Made by a program: the position numbers and the translations under genes. Shown in pieces: positions 29,540 to 39,764 of a stretch of DNA of 64,000 nt; within the stretch, counting starts at the first letter, position 1, and the number at the start of each line of letters is the position of its first letter. The notes under the pieces were generated by a model. That model was not told the DNA's origin. It ran no database searches and saw nothing but the letters and a program-made list of their open reading frames with translations. This DNA comes from Isosphaeraceae bacterium (GTDB lineage: Bacteria; Planctomycetota; Planctomycetia; Isosphaerales; Isosphaeraceae): the NCBI GenBank assembly GCA_965201075.1, contig CBDAVP010000005.1, forward strand, positions 62,001-126,000. The letters are read 5' to 3'.

Positions 29540-30838
29540 TCAGGGCAACGGCACGTCCTTGAACTCAAATTCCAAAGGGATCGTCTCGACCTTGCTGGGC
29601 GTCTCGTAAATGAACTGGTAGTCGCCCACCTTGCCCGGCACGTCGACGAAGAAGTACTCGAACCCCATTTTTCCGTCGTCGTTGGACGTCTGATTCATTC
29701 CGCCATTGTGCTCGAACTTCGACCCATCGGCGCGACGGAGCCACAGCCGGTTGTTGAACAGTCCTTGCTGGTAGCTCTCGAACGCCGGCCCTTTCCCCTG
29801 GTAGTCCACCAGCACGTTCAGCCGCCAGCGGCCCTCCTCGACCTCGGTCGATTCGAGAGTCACGGCGACATCCCCTTGCACCTGCCGAACCTCCTTGGCG
29901 GTCAGGCTGGGAAACGGGAAGGTCCGTAGCGTCGAGGGGACGGTGACGTCCGCCTTGACCTTCAAGGTCGAGAGCGACCGGGCGTCCCGAGGAGGCGCGG
30001 CCAGGTTGAGGTTCAGCTCGGCCGAGGGATTCGAGGGCCTCAGGATCACGCTGGTCGTTTCCTCCGTCGCCATTGGCGAGACGGGGCGCCCTTGATCATC
30101 GGCGATCGTCACTCCCTCGGCCTTCCAGGCCAGCAGCATCGGCCGCAACCGAGGCTCCCAGTCGATCTCGAACTGAACATTGGCCAGAGCGCTGCCGGCC
30201 TCGAAACTCCGCTTCGCCGAGATTTCCTTCAAGACGATCCGAAACGGCCCGTTGACCACGACTCTCGGCGCCTCGGACCCCGACGGCCGCGCCGCGGGCG
30301 GATCCATCAGCCCAATCGACCCATCATTGGTCAGAAACGTGAGGCCCACCTGGGCCTTGTCCGCCACGACCTGCAAGGCGTCCAGGAATGGCCGATCCTC
30401 AAGGTCCAGTTCCAGCGACGGGTTCGCCGCTTCGTCCCGCTGGTCGGTCAGCAGATTTCCCGACTGCTTTTGAAGCGCCCGCAGCACTTCCGAAAGGCGT
30501 AAATCCTGGCCACGGAGAGTCACTCGCGACGCCCCGAGATTGATATGGTCCTGGGCCTGGCGAAGCTGGTCGCGAATCCGCCCGACCCGTTGGTCCCGCT
30601 CCGAGTGCGTCGGCGACGGTTCGGGCAGGAATGGCAACGCTTTCTCTCCCAGACCCATCAACGCCTTCTCGGCCCCGTCCCGGGCCTCGGCCGTGGGGGA
30701 ATCTAGCTTCTCGACAAGCTGGCCGACCCGATCACGGAGCGCGGCGTCCGACCCCTGGGATCTCGCCGTTCTGGGACCACCAAGTGCAGCCACGACGAGA
30801 AAAGCCGCCGCCATCGCCCCGATGTGTCTCATGGCCAA
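29540..30838 (-). CDS. Secreted hypothetical protein
   Basis: Signal peptide; HEAT-like LVEKLDSP...RD.A..AL..LG; STN-like LSEVL..L.KQSG; C-terminal IPLEFEFKDVPLP. Confidence 0.7.
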   Translation of the reverse strand: MAMRHIGAMAAAFLVVAALGGPRTARSQGSDAALRDRVGQLVEKLDSPTAEARDGAEKALMGLGEKALPFLPEPSPTHSERDQRVGRIRDQLRQAQDHINLGASRVTLRGQDLRLSEVLRALQKQSGNLLTDQRDEAANPSLELDLEDRPFLDALQVVADKAQVGLTFLTNDGSIGLMDPPAARPSGSEAPRVVVNGPFRIVLKEISAKRSFEAGSALANVQFEIDWEPRLRPMLLAWKAEGVTIADDQGRPVSPMATEETTSVILRPSNPSAELNLNLAAPPRDARSLSTLKVKADVTVPSTLRTFPFPSLTAKEVRQVQGDVAVTLESTEVEEGRWRLNVLVDYQGKGPAFESYQQGLFNNRLWLRRADGSKFEHNGGMNQTSNDDGKMGFEYFFVDVPGKVGDYQFIYETPSKVETIPLEFEFKDVPLP

Positions 30839-30871
30839 TGCTCCCTGGAAGGCACTGTCACCCGGCCGGGC

Positions 30872-31960
30872 TCATCCCACTCGCCAATGCCCCTCTTCCA
30901 TCACCACCGAGCCATCGGCGGTGATCCGACCTCCTCGGCGAGTGTCCACGATTAGATCCCAGTGCAACGCCGAGGCATTGCGGCCCCCGGTCTCAGAATA
31001 ACTCGACCCGAGCGCCAGATGGACCGTGCCGCCGATCTTCTCGTCATACAGGATGCTCCCCGTGAATCGGTCGATCCCCGGATTCAGGCCGATCCCCAAC
31101 TCTCCCAACCGGCACGCTCCGGGGTCGAGGTCGATCATCGCCCGGAGATACGCCTCACCCTCCTCGGCCGTGGCCGAAACCACCTGCCCCGCCTCGAATT
31201 CCAGAGCGATGCCGCGGAGCCGTCGGCCGTTGCGAATCACCGGGAAGGCGCAGCGGAGCCGGCCTCGCGCCGAATCCTCGATGGGTCCGGTGAAGACCTC
31301 GCCCGAGGGCATGTTGCGGCGTCCATCGGAATTGATCCACTTCCGACCCGCCACCGAAAGCGTCAAGTCCGTCCCCTCGGCCTCGATGCGAATCTCCCCC
31401 ACGCCGGTCAGGAATTCAACCAGCCCCGCCTGCCGTTGGCCCAGTTCCCGCCAGGAGGCGACCGGGTCCGTGCGGTCGAGAAACATCGCCGAGGTGACGT
31501 ACCGTTCGTAATCGGCCAGCGGCATCCCGGCGTCGGCGGCGTAGGCCTGGGTGGGGAACTGGGTGAGAACCCACCTGCGGCGACTGGCGGCCTTGCGGAT
31601 TGGATCGCGGGCCCGGTCCACGATCGCCTGCCTCGCCGGATCGATCCGGGCCATTCCCGTCGTGTCCGACTCCGCCGCGATCCGAATCCGGCCGTCGACG
31701 CTTGCCGCCTCGACCAGGCTCGTCGTGGGCAGGTGTGAAAGTTGGGGCTCGCTGGCGTGTTCCAGGAAAAACTCCGATAGCCCCGGCAGATCGAGCCTCA
31801 CCAGCGGATGCCCCCCACGCACGATCACTGCTCGCGCGCAGGCCTCCACCAGCGGCCGGCCTTCCCAGTCCGAGCCGATCAAAACCGTCTCACCGGCCGA
31901 AACCCCCAGGCAGTAATCCGCCAGGAGTCCGGCCCACGCCTCGATGACGCCCGTTTCCAC
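30872..31960 (-). CDS. Aminopeptidase, peptidase M29 (AmpS/PepS/AmpT) family
   Basis: GTDLTL, NMPSGEVFTGP, GELGIG, ILYDEKIGGTVHLALG.SY, SALHWD. Start approximate. Confidence 0.92.
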   Translation of the reverse strand: METGVIEAWAGLLADYCLGVSAGETVLIGSDWEGRPLVEACARAVIVRGGHPLVRLDLPGLSEFFLEHASEPQLSHLPTTSLVEAASVDGRIRIAAESDTTGMARIDPARQAIVDRARDPIRKAASRRRWVLTQFPTQAYAADAGMPLADYERYVTSAMFLDRTDPVASWRELGQRQAGLVEFLTGVGEIRIEAEGTDLTLSVAGRKWINSDGRRNMPSGEVFTGPIEDSARGRLRCAFPVIRNGRRLRGIALEFEAGQVVSATAEEGEAYLRAMIDLDPGACRLGELGIGLNPGIDRFTGSILYDEKIGGTVHLALGSSYSETGGRNASALHWDLIVDTRRGGRITADGSVVMEEGHWRVG

Positions 31961-32144
31961 TCGCAAATCCTCCGCGAACCGGTCCCCTCGGCCCAATCTA
32001 GCCCGACCCCTCCTCCACGACAACCGTCCAAGCCCGATGGCCCATCGTTTCCGCCTTGCGATGCGCTGACGGGCCCTCTACGCTTGGGAACGCTGCCAAC
32101 CCTCAGCCGACGGCCCTCGCCGATCCCCGGAGCTTGCCCGCCGC

Positions 32145-32942
32145 ATGGCCACGCTCGACGCCGAACTCGCCTTCGTCAAGGATCTCGCCAACGAAGCCGC
32201 CGCCATCGCTCGCGACCGCTCCTCCCGCATCACGCCCGAGGAAAAGGCCAACCAGAGCTTCGTCACCGACCTCGACCTCGCCCTGGAGCGGTTGATCCGC
32301 GAACGGCTCGCCGCCCGGTTTCCCGACGACCAGCTCACCGGAGAGGAATACGCCTCGGGCGGCGGTTCCGGCCAGCGACGGTGGTCGATCGACCCCATCG
32401 ACGGCACCGGCAACCTCGTCCACCAGCTTCCGCTCTGGGCCATCAGCATCGGCCTCATCGACGCGGGTGAGCCGGTCCTGGGCGTTATCGCCATTCCCCC
32501 GCTGGGGGAATTATTCTGGGCCACCAAAGGGGGCGGAGCCTGGCGGGACGGCCAGCGGATCGTTGCCCGCGATGCCGAGTCGTTTCACACCCAGGACAAC
32601 CTCTGCCTGGGAACCAACGCGATGCGCGCCGTCGACCTCGATTCCATCACCGGCCGCCTGCGAGACCTCGGCAGCGCTTGCTGCGAATTGGTCTTCACCG
32701 CCTGCGGCCGGCTGGTCGCCAGCACGTTTCTGGGCGAGATGACCCACGACGTCGCCGCCGGGGTCGTCATCTGCGCCGAGGCCGGTTGCCAGTTCGGCAC
32801 GATCGACGGTCAGATTCTTACCCCCGCGCAAATGGTCGAGCGGACGCCTGTCCCCATCCCGACCTTTGTCGCCCCGCCCGGCCGACTCGCCGCCTTGCTG
32901 GCCCACGCCAAACTCCGCAAACGAGCGTCGCAACCGTCTTGA
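32145..32942 (+). CDS. Inositol monophosphatase family protein
   Basis: FVTDLD, GEE, W.IDPIDGT.N, R.LGSA, D.AAG. Confidence 0.88.
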   Translation: MATLDAELAFVKDLANEAAAIARDRSSRITPEEKANQSFVTDLDLALERLIRERLAARFPDDQLTGEEYASGGGSGQRRWSIDPIDGTGNLVHQLPLWAISIGLIDAGEPVLGVIAIPPLGELFWATKGGGAWRDGQRIVARDAESFHTQDNLCLGTNAMRAVDLDSITGRLRDLGSACCELVFTACGRLVASTFLGEMTHDVAAGVVICAEAGCQFGTIDGQILTPAQMVERTPVPIPTFVAPPGRLAALLAHAKLRKRASQPS

Positions 32943-32960
32943 CCGCGAAGGGGGCCGAGC

Positions 32961-33494
32961 TTGGGGTACTGGGGCGTCAAGAGTTACGAGAACGACGAGG
33001 CCGCCGACGTCCTCGACGCCGCGTTCGAGCAGGTCCACGGCGATGCCTACGACGCTCTGATGGATGACCGCAACCCCCTGCCCTTCGACGAGGTCCAGCG
33101 ACGACTGGCCGATGCAAGGACCCTCGAAGCCGCCGTCGCCATGCTCGTCGGGAAGCATGTCGCCAACCTCGACGGCCTCGACGACGAATCGCGTCTGGCT
33201 TTCGTAGGGATCATGGTCCAGCACGCCGAGGCCGCCGTCCCCATCCCCGAACCCTGGCGTCTCCTGGCCCTGAAGTGGCTCGACGAGGAAACCCTTGACT
33301 GGGACGAACCCACCGCCCGCCGCCTCCGTCGCGACGCGGAACGCCGTCGCCTCGCGAGCGCGACACAGTCACCGACCCGACACGTCGAGGGATCAGAATC
33401 CCGGCGGGGAAACCATTCGCCAGGCGATCAGGCCAATCACGACCAGGCCACCCACGACGACGCACGAAGTCAGCACGGCCGCCAGTCCCCTTGA
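32961..33494 (+). CDS. Hypothetical protein (DUF4259-like N-terminus)
   Basis: MGYWG..SYENDEAAD motif and helical body. The unstructured tail overlaps the convergent gene. Confidence 0.65.
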   Translation: MGYWGVKSYENDEAADVLDAAFEQVHGDAYDALMDDRNPLPFDEVQRRLADARTLEAAVAMLVGKHVANLDGLDDESRLAFVGIMVQHAEAAVPIPEPWRLLALKWLDEETLDWDEPTARRLRRDAERRRLASATQSPTRHVEGSESRRGNHSPGDQANHDQATHDDARSQHGRQSP

Positions 33495-33815
33495 TGGTCG
33501 GAAACACCCCTCCGTGATTGCCCTCATCGTCCGGAGGTAATGTCGCCCCGACCAAACTGTCAGCAACATCCCCGCGACCAGGAATGCCAGGCCGCTCACA
33601 ACGAATTCCCCCCCCTCGACGGACCGCTGGCCGACCGACGGAATACCAACGGGTGGGGACGCTTCGTGCGAAAGGCCGAGCCTGGCCAGGATGAACCCCA
33701 AACCCATCAGCGCCATCGACGTGCGGACCCACGCCAGGTACGTCCGCTCGTTGGCCAGGTGGTCGCGGGTCAGGTCGGCGGGCGAGGTCGGCCGCGAAAC
33801 GATGGGCCCGCTCAA
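33393..33815 (-). CDS. YidH/DUF202 family membrane protein
   Basis: RDHLANERTYLAWVRT; three TM segments. Confidence 0.88.
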   Translation of the reverse strand: MSGPIVSRPTSPADLTRDHLANERTYLAWVRTSMALMGLGFILARLGLSHEASPPVGIPSVGQRSVEGGEFVVSGLAFLVAGMLLTVWSGRHYLRTMRAITEGCFRPSRGLAAVLTSCVVVGGLVVIGLIAWRMVSPPGF

Positions 33816-33868
33816 GATTCCGGCCCCCGAATCCGCCAGGTGAACTCGTTACAGCGAATGCCGTGGGA

Positions 33869-34597
33869 TCAATGTTTGTAATACAGGTCGGAATTGCGGA
33901 TGGGGCTGGTCAGACCACTCGTGTAAACCAATCCCTCAACGGTGACGGTCGCCACCCCGGTCGCCACTCCCCGCCCGTTGCGATGATAAGAGTGATAGCG
34001 AATGGAAACCGTACCCGAACTTGTGTTGATGAAATAAATGCCGGAATAGATGTTGGAATCGGCCGAGAGGGACAAGCTTGTGGGGCGATTCCGAGAGTCG
34101 AGGGTCGACGGGTCGGCCGCCAGATCCAAGCCCAGGATGGCGCCGGTGTTGGTACTTTTGTCGTTCATCACCAAGCCGCCACTCAGCGGAGTACCGCTGG
34201 CCGCCGGTGTGACGATGCCCATCTCGAAATCGCCGTGAAGGAACTGGTTCGATCCCCCCACTCCGCGGAAGTAGGCAACTTGGCTCTGGTCGGAAAAACG
34301 TCCCGGGCCGATCGAGTACGGGCCCGTGAAGGAGGCCGTGAACGTCTCTCGTCGGAGTTCCTGGGGAGTCGGCTGACCCTGACCGGGGATCAGCGGGGCC
34401 GGACTGCCCGAGGTCTCCTGGGAAGCGACCGCGGTCGCCCTAGCTCGGCTCGCGTTTAGCGACGAGGCCAGCAACGCCGAGCGGCCTGGCAGCGGGTTGG
34501 GGCGAGCCAACGCGGCAATCACCGCCGAGGAGGGGAGGCGTCGCCCTTCCAGAACCCCGAGGGCCGGTCGGAATTGCCGTCGAGGTTTGGAACCCAT
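33869..34597 (-). CDS. Planctomycete extracellular protein (LExRxL leader), paralog A
   Basis: RRQFRP...LEGRRLPS leader; beta-rich domain homologous to the adjacent gene. Confidence 0.8.
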   Translation of the reverse strand: MGSKPRRQFRPALGVLEGRRLPSSAVIAALARPNPLPGRSALLASSLNASRARATAVASQETSGSPAPLIPGQGQPTPQELRRETFTASFTGPYSIGPGRFSDQSQVAYFRGVGGSNQFLHGDFEMGIVTPAASGTPLSGGLVMNDKSTNTGAILGLDLAADPSTLDSRNRPTSLSLSADSNIYSGIYFINTSSGTVSIRYHSYHRNGRGVATGVATVTVEGLVYTSGLTSPIRNSDLYYKH

Positions 34598-34640
34598 CGT
34601 CTCTCCCCATGCCCCAGAATCATATGGCCGCCCGACCGGA

Positions 34641-35330
34641 TCAGAGCCGCGAAGTGGCGAACAGGGGATTGTTTGTTCCCTGGGTGTAGATCGCCCCCTG
34701 AAATCTCACGGTCGCCAGCCCCGCCTCGCCATGGTAGGGCCGGCCAGGCGTTCGTTTGCCGGGGAAGTATCGAATTGTGACCGTCCCCTCGCCGACCGAG
34801 CTGGAATAGGTCCCGCCGCTCCCGCCGCCGCCGTTGACCGTGAAGGTGAGGACCGTCGGCCGGCCCGCCGAATCGGTCGCCTGGGGAGAGCCGGTCAAGG
34901 CCACCAGCAAATCCCCGCTGGAGTTATTGTTGCGATCCAGCAGAGCGGCTGACCCAGTCACCGTCCCGTTCGGGTCGATCGGTGGGAAGATCGCCATCTG
35001 AAGGTTGCCGTGAAGGAACTGGTTGGTCCCCCCCACGCCGATGAACCCGAACTGCCGGGCCTCGGAGGTAAATGGAGGAGGGGCCACGAAATACCGAGTC
35101 GTGAACCCGCCCCGAAACGCCTGGCGACGGACCTCCCTGGGAGTCGGCGCCCCCAGCCCGATGTCGATCCCCACCGGAGTTCCCGAGGCCGCCGCGGCCA
35201 CCGATGAGCCCCCGCCGAAGGCAATCCCCGGCAGTGCCGACGGCAACGAGCGACTCCCCAGCCCCTCGATTCGGGGACTCAAGGCGTTCGCGAATCGTCT
35301 CGCATCGGAGGATCGACCGCGACGTTTCAT
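34641..35330 (-). CDS. Planctomycete extracellular protein (degenerate LExRxL leader), paralog B
   Basis: PRIEGLGSRSLPS leader; shares PTP.E.RR..F, GVGG.NQFLHG, RPT.L, GTV.IRY with paralog A. Confidence 0.8.
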   Translation of the reverse strand: MKRRGRSSDARRFANALSPRIEGLGSRSLPSALPGIAFGGGSSVAAAASGTPVGIDIGLGAPTPREVRRQAFRGGFTTRYFVAPPPFTSEARQFGFIGVGGTNQFLHGNLQMAIFPPIDPNGTVTGSAALLDRNNNSSGDLLVALTGSPQATDSAGRPTVLTFTVNGGGGSGGTYSSSVGEGTVTIRYFPGKRTPGRPYHGEAGLATVRFQGAIYTQGTNNPLFATSRL

Positions 35331-35454
35331 CCTTGTCCCTCGAACCGAACCCGCTCGGCGATCGTCGCTCACTCGCCGACGACTCGCCTTGGAACATCGG
35401 CGGCAACGATGCCAAGGTTCCAGAGAAATTACGGATTTCGGGGGATTTCGGCGG

Positions 35455-36141
35455 TCAGCGTCGACGAGGTGAGTCAGCGTGATGGGGCAAAACCATCAAT
35501 TTTCCCGCCGCCTCGGCACCCAGGGCGACCACGCGTTCGCCGACGGAGAGCACGAGAGCGCCCGACTCGGGGCGGTTCTCGACCAGGCCGGCGACGGTCC
35601 CCAAATCGAGGTGGCAGTCGGTCAGGTACCGGAGGAAGGTGGGGTCCTGGTCGACGACGCGAACCAGTCGAAACGTCTGGCCTCGCTCCAGAGTTTTCAA
35701 GGGGACCCCCTCGGGCTCGGCGAGCGAACCGTCGGCCCGGGGGATCGGGTCGCCGTGGGGGTCGACCGCCGGGTGCCCCAGAAAGGCGTCGATCCGGTCG
35801 ATCAGGCGGTCCGAGGCGGCATGTTCCAGGTGTTCGGCCTCGGCGTGAACTTCGTCCCAGGTCATCTCCAGGGTCTGCGCCAGGAAGAGTTCGACCAGCC
35901 GGTGGCGTCGCAAGACGGTCAAGGCCGTGTGGCGACCCTTGGCCGTCAGCTTTGCCCCTTCATAGGGGGCGTACGTGGCGAGTTCCGCTTCGGAGAGCGT
36001 TTTGAGCATTCCCGTGACGGTGCCGGGGGAGACCTCCAGCGCCTGGGCGATCTCGCCCGTCCCGACGGCGACCCCTTCCGGCCGGCGCGCGGCGATCAGG
36101 TAGATCGTCTTGACGTAATTCTCGACCGTCAGGCTCGGCAC
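35455..36141 (-). CDS. DtxR/MntR family metal-dependent regulator with FeoA-like C-terminal domain
   Basis: ENYVKTIY, V..GTVT.M, RRHRLVELFL, VH.EAE.LEH, DPHGDPIP. Confidence 0.92.
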   Translation of the reverse strand: MPSLTVENYVKTIYLIAARRPEGVAVGTGEIAQALEVSPGTVTGMLKTLSEAELATYAPYEGAKLTAKGRHTALTVLRRHRLVELFLAQTLEMTWDEVHAEAEHLEHAASDRLIDRIDAFLGHPAVDPHGDPIPRADGSLAEPEGVPLKTLERGQTFRLVRVVDQDPTFLRYLTDCHLDLGTVAGLVENRPESGALVLSVGERVVALGAEAAGKLMVLPHHADSPRRR

Positions 36142-36353
36142 GTCGGTCGTCCCCACCCCCGTCCCACACCGACCGGATCGGCCCAGCGCCCTCCGGCGGC
36201 GACGCCCCCCAAGCCTAGTGACTTGGGGCCCGAGGCGGAAGAGAACGCCGACGCAAATGACCAACCTCTGGCTAACACGCCCGCCAGCCTCGACCATACA
36301 CCACCAAGCCCCCAAACGTCGGGACCGCGGGTCGGATCAGGAGGAAGCAGGCC

Positions 36354-37562
36354 ATGAGACGTCGGAGGTTCCTCGGGTGGCCCGTGGCGGTCGGCCTCGG
36401 CCTCGGCCTTGCTCCCCGAATTTCCGCCAACGCTCGCGAACTCCCCGAGTTCGGGCGGGAACTGCCGAAGCTGCAAGCCTTCGATGACCTCATGAGGCGG
36501 ATCGTCCACGACCAAAAGCTGCCAGGTGGGTCGTTGAGCCTGGCCAAGGACGGTCGACTGGTTTACGCCCGAGCCTTCGGCTGGGCCTCGATCGAGGACC
36601 GCATTCCCGCCCGTCCGGCGATGCGTTATGGGCTGGCCAGCGTCTCCAAGGCGATCACCGCCGTCGCCATCCTTCGCCTCGCCGACCAGGGAAAGTTACG
36701 CCTCGACCAGCCCGTCCTCTCGATCCTGCACGACCTCAAACCGCTACCAGGACGGCGGATGGACCCGAGGCTCCAGGCGGTCACTCTCCGTCAACTGCTG
36801 CAACATACCGCCGGCTACCGAGCCCAGCCCGATCCCCACGCGATCGCCCGGGAGTTTCGGGTTCCGCTGCCGAAGTTGAAGATGGACCAGTTGATCCGGG
36901 GATTTCTCGGCGAACCGTTGGCCACCGATCCCGGCTCGGCATACTTCTACTCAAACTTCGGTTTCACCCTGCTGGGAGCGGTGGTCGAGCGGGCCATCGG
37001 CGAGGAATACGGCGTGGCGGTCCACCGGTTGGTCTTTGCTCCGCTGGGGATCAAGCTCGCGCACGTCGGTCGCGGCGGCCCTCGCCGGCCCGACACCGTC
37101 TGGCCTTATGACGGCCAGGGGCGGCCTATGCCGCCAATCGACATTCCGGGTGAGGCGGCTGGCGGCTGGGTGGTGGCGACCGTCGAACTCGTCCGCATGC
37201 TTTCGGCCCTCAACGGGGCCCGGGGAGAACCGTTCCTCTCGCCCCCGATGTTCGAGCAGATGCTCGCCCCGGCCCCACCGCCGGTCGGCAAGCCGGGAGC
37301 CGCCCGCTGGGTTGGGCTCGGCTGGGACGTCGTCACGCGATCCCCTCGCGGCCCTTCCTTCCAGAAAAACGGGGGTATGGGCGGTGTCCGCGCGGTGATC
37401 GGCCACGAGCCCGAGGGCGTGGACTGGGCCGTTGCCTTCAATGGCGGCCGGGACCTCCCCGACCACATCGGCGTCGATGGCGACGCCGCCCACTCGATCC
37501 GCCAAACCATCCGCCGGACCGAGGACTGGCCCCGCCTCGACCAGTTCCCCGACTTCGCCTGA
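36354..37562 (+). CDS. Tat-exported serine hydrolase (beta-lactamase class C / S12-like)
   Basis: RRRFL Tat motif; ASVSK (SxxK), LLQHTAG, YSN, KNGG. AGGAGG RBS. Confidence 0.9.
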   Translation: MRRRRFLGWPVAVGLGLGLAPRISANARELPEFGRELPKLQAFDDLMRRIVHDQKLPGGSLSLAKDGRLVYARAFGWASIEDRIPARPAMRYGLASVSKAITAVAILRLADQGKLRLDQPVLSILHDLKPLPGRRMDPRLQAVTLRQLLQHTAGYRAQPDPHAIAREFRVPLPKLKMDQLIRGFLGEPLATDPGSAYFYSNFGFTLLGAVVERAIGEEYGVAVHRLVFAPLGIKLAHVGRGGPRRPDTVWPYDGQGRPMPPIDIPGEAAGGWVVATVELVRMLSALNGARGEPFLSPPMFEQMLAPAPPPVGKPGAARWVGLGWDVVTRSPRGPSFQKNGGMGGVRAVIGHEPEGVDWAVAFNGGRDLPDHIGVDGDAAHSIRQTIRRTEDWPRLDQFPDFA

Positions 37563-37566
37563 AGGG

Positions 37567-38922
37567 TTATTCCTCGTCCGTCTCCTCGTCCAGGTCCTCG
37601 GGCAACCCTGCGTCGAGAGGGGTCCGCCGGTCGCCCATCAGCATCCAGACCGCCTTCAGGTACGATCCTTCCAGCGCATCCAGGCCGACCGGATGGTCCG
37701 GCGCCGCCCCCGTCACCGCCAGGATCTGCGCCGATCGACCCGCCTTGCGAGCCGCGGCGCGAAGCAGAATCAAAAACTCCTCGGCCGCGAGAAGTCCCGA
37801 GCACGAACAGGTCAAGAACATCCCGCCCGGCTCGACCAGTTTCATCGCCAGGACGTTCAGGTCGAAATACTTGCGCTTCCCCGCCGAGATATCCAGTCGG
37901 CCCGGAATCAGCTTGGGAGGGTCCAACACCAGCGCTCCAAACGACCGCTCGTTGACGCCCATCTGGCGTAAGTAACCAAAGGCGTCGGCATGGACGAAAC
38001 TGGGCCGCACCTGGTTGAGGTTGGCGTTCTCTTTCGCCAGGGCGACGGCTTTCTCATCCAGGTCGACGCACGTCACCTCCCGAGCCCCACCCGCCATCAG
38101 GGCCGTGATCCCGAAACCGCCGGTGTAGCAGCAAACATCCAGCACCGAGCGGTCGCGGGTGTACGCCAGCAAGGCGTGACGGTTGTCCCGCTGGTCACAG
38201 AAAAACCCCGTTTTGTGGGCTCCCTCGAAGTGGATCCGGTAGCGGACCCCATGCTCCCGGATCGTCACCCGCTCGGGCAAACCCGGGGTGGTGACGGGAC
38301 GCCCGGCGAAATCCTCGGCCAGGGCGATCCGCTCATCGACCCTCACCCGCGCATGTTTCGTCCCCAGTCGCTCGGCCAGAATTTCCAGAATGGGGCCGAT
38401 CCGCTGGTACATCCCCAGGCTGAAGCATTCGACCGACAGGACGTCGCCGAACCGATCGACGATCAGACCCGAGAGACCATCGGCCTCGGCATGGATCACC
38501 CGATAGGCGTCGGTGACGTCCTCGAGTTTCAGCAGATCGCGACGCAAGGTGATCGCCCGCTCGATCCGGGCGACCCAGAAATCTCGGCCGGGCGTCTCGG
38601 GTCCCGCCGGGGCGAGAATCCGCAGGGCAATCTGCGAACGGGCGTTCCAGAGCGCGTAGCCCAGCGGCAGACCGATCCGGTCGACCACCTTGACCAGATC
38701 ACCATCCCGAGGCCGGGGCGTGCCGACCGGTCCGGCAACGATCTTCTTGTAGACGAACGGATGGAGCCCGGGGCCCCGGATCGCCACCGTGGGCAAGCGA
38801 TCGGCAATCTCCAGCGGCCGGTCGGGCATCGGCGCGAGTTCCATCGCCGGCAGGGGTTCGGGCTGGCGGCGATTCGCGGGCGGGGGACGACGTCCCGGGC
38901 GGGGGGCGGAAGGATCATTCAC
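37567..38922 (-). CDS. RlmI/RlmK-like class I SAM-dependent rRNA methyltransferase
   Basis: PUA-like HPFVY, EADGLSGLIVDRF, KTGFFCDQRDNR, CYTGGF, LDPPK, CSCS, YLK. GTG 38922 overlaps the upstream stop. Confidence 0.88.
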   Translation of the reverse strand: MNDPSAPRPGRRPPPANRRQPEPLPAMELAPMPDRPLEIADRLPTVAIRGPGLHPFVYKKIVAGPVGTPRPRDGDLVKVVDRIGLPLGYALWNARSQIALRILAPAGPETPGRDFWVARIERAITLRRDLLKLEDVTDAYRVIHAEADGLSGLIVDRFGDVLSVECFSLGMYQRIGPILEILAERLGTKHARVRVDERIALAEDFAGRPVTTPGLPERVTIREHGVRYRIHFEGAHKTGFFCDQRDNRHALLAYTRDRSVLDVCCYTGGFGITALMAGGAREVTCVDLDEKAVALAKENANLNQVRPSFVHADAFGYLRQMGVNERSFGALVLDPPKLIPGRLDISAGKRKYFDLNVLAMKLVEPGGMFLTCSCSGLLAAEEFLILLRAAARKAGRSAQILAVTGAAPDHPVGLDALEGSYLKAVWMLMGDRRTPLDAGLPEDLDEETDEE

Positions 38923-39253
38923 CGAGTTCGCCATCCTCGTCGTCATCGTCCTCGCCCAGAGCCCCCGGTTCATTGCGGGCGAGGCGGCGGAGTCTCACCA
39001 GGAGCGCCGTGGCGTAACGCTCGACGGCGAGTTGGCGGGTCATCACGGGTTCGGTGGCGGCTTCGATCGGGATGGTCCCCATTAGCTTATGGGCCTGGGA
39101 CAGGCTCTCCCAGCCGACCTTGAGCGCGGCGGGGACGGCAGTGGTCGTTCCGGCCGAGGGCCGGGTGGCTCGCAGGGCGGAACGGGCTTTGCGAAGGCCA
39201 GCCTGGGCCTGCTGCAAGGTTCGCAGGGCCGTGGCGGCGGTCATCTCGGGCAT
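38915..39253 (-). CDS. Small helical hypothetical protein with acidic tail
   Basis: GAGG RBS before ATG; amphipathic helices; DDDDED tail; stop overlaps the next start. Confidence 0.6.
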   Translation of the reverse strand: MPEMTAATALRTLQQAQAGLRKARSALRATRPSAGTTTAVPAALKVGWESLSQAHKLMGTIPIEAATEPVMTRQLAVERYATALLVRLRRLARNEPGALGEDDDDEDGELGE

Positions 39254-39365
39254 CCGAATCTTCCTCTGGCGGGGCCGCCCGCCTTCGGTGGACAATCTGG
39301 CAGTCATTGCGTAGCTTAAGGCCGTTGCAGCTTGGGGACAACCACCCGGCGGGAGCCGTTGAGCG

Positions 39366-39749
39366 ATGAGCGACCCCTTCGACGCGGACGACGGCCCCGA
39401 CGACAGCGAATCCGTCGTGTCGACCGCCACCCTACCCCGAGAAAGCCCGCAAGCCCAGGGAGGCACCGGCACCCGCCGTCAGCCCCCCTACCACGTCGTG
39501 ATCCTCAACGACGAGGAGCACACCTTCGACTACGTCATCGAACTGCTCACCAAGCTCTTTGCCCACCCAATGGACACCGCCGAGCAACTGACCTGGCGAA
39601 TCCACAAGGCCGGCCGAGCCGTGGTGTATACCACGCATAGGGAAAAGGCCGAACTCAAGCGAGAGCAAGTCCTCGGCTACGGCGCCGATCCGCGAATGAG
39701 TGAATCCAAGGGTCCGTTGGGCTGCTACATCGAGCCCGCCGAGAGTTGA
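39366..39749 (+). CDS. clpS: ATP-dependent Clp protease adaptor ClpS
   Basis: PPYHVVILNDEEHTFDYV..L...F, IH..GRAVV, AELK.EQ, IEP. Confidence 0.9.
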   Translation: MSDPFDADDGPDDSESVVSTATLPRESPQAQGGTGTRRQPPYHVVILNDEEHTFDYVIELLTKLFAHPMDTAEQLTWRIHKAGRAVVYTTHREKAELKREQVLGYGADPRMSESKGPLGCYIEPAES

Positions 39750-39764
39750 GCCTTCACGAAACGT

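Noticed and set aside
36142..36353. DtxR/MntR operator next to the regulator
   Set aside because: No convincing AT-rich palindrome, and no metal transporter gene is adjacent.
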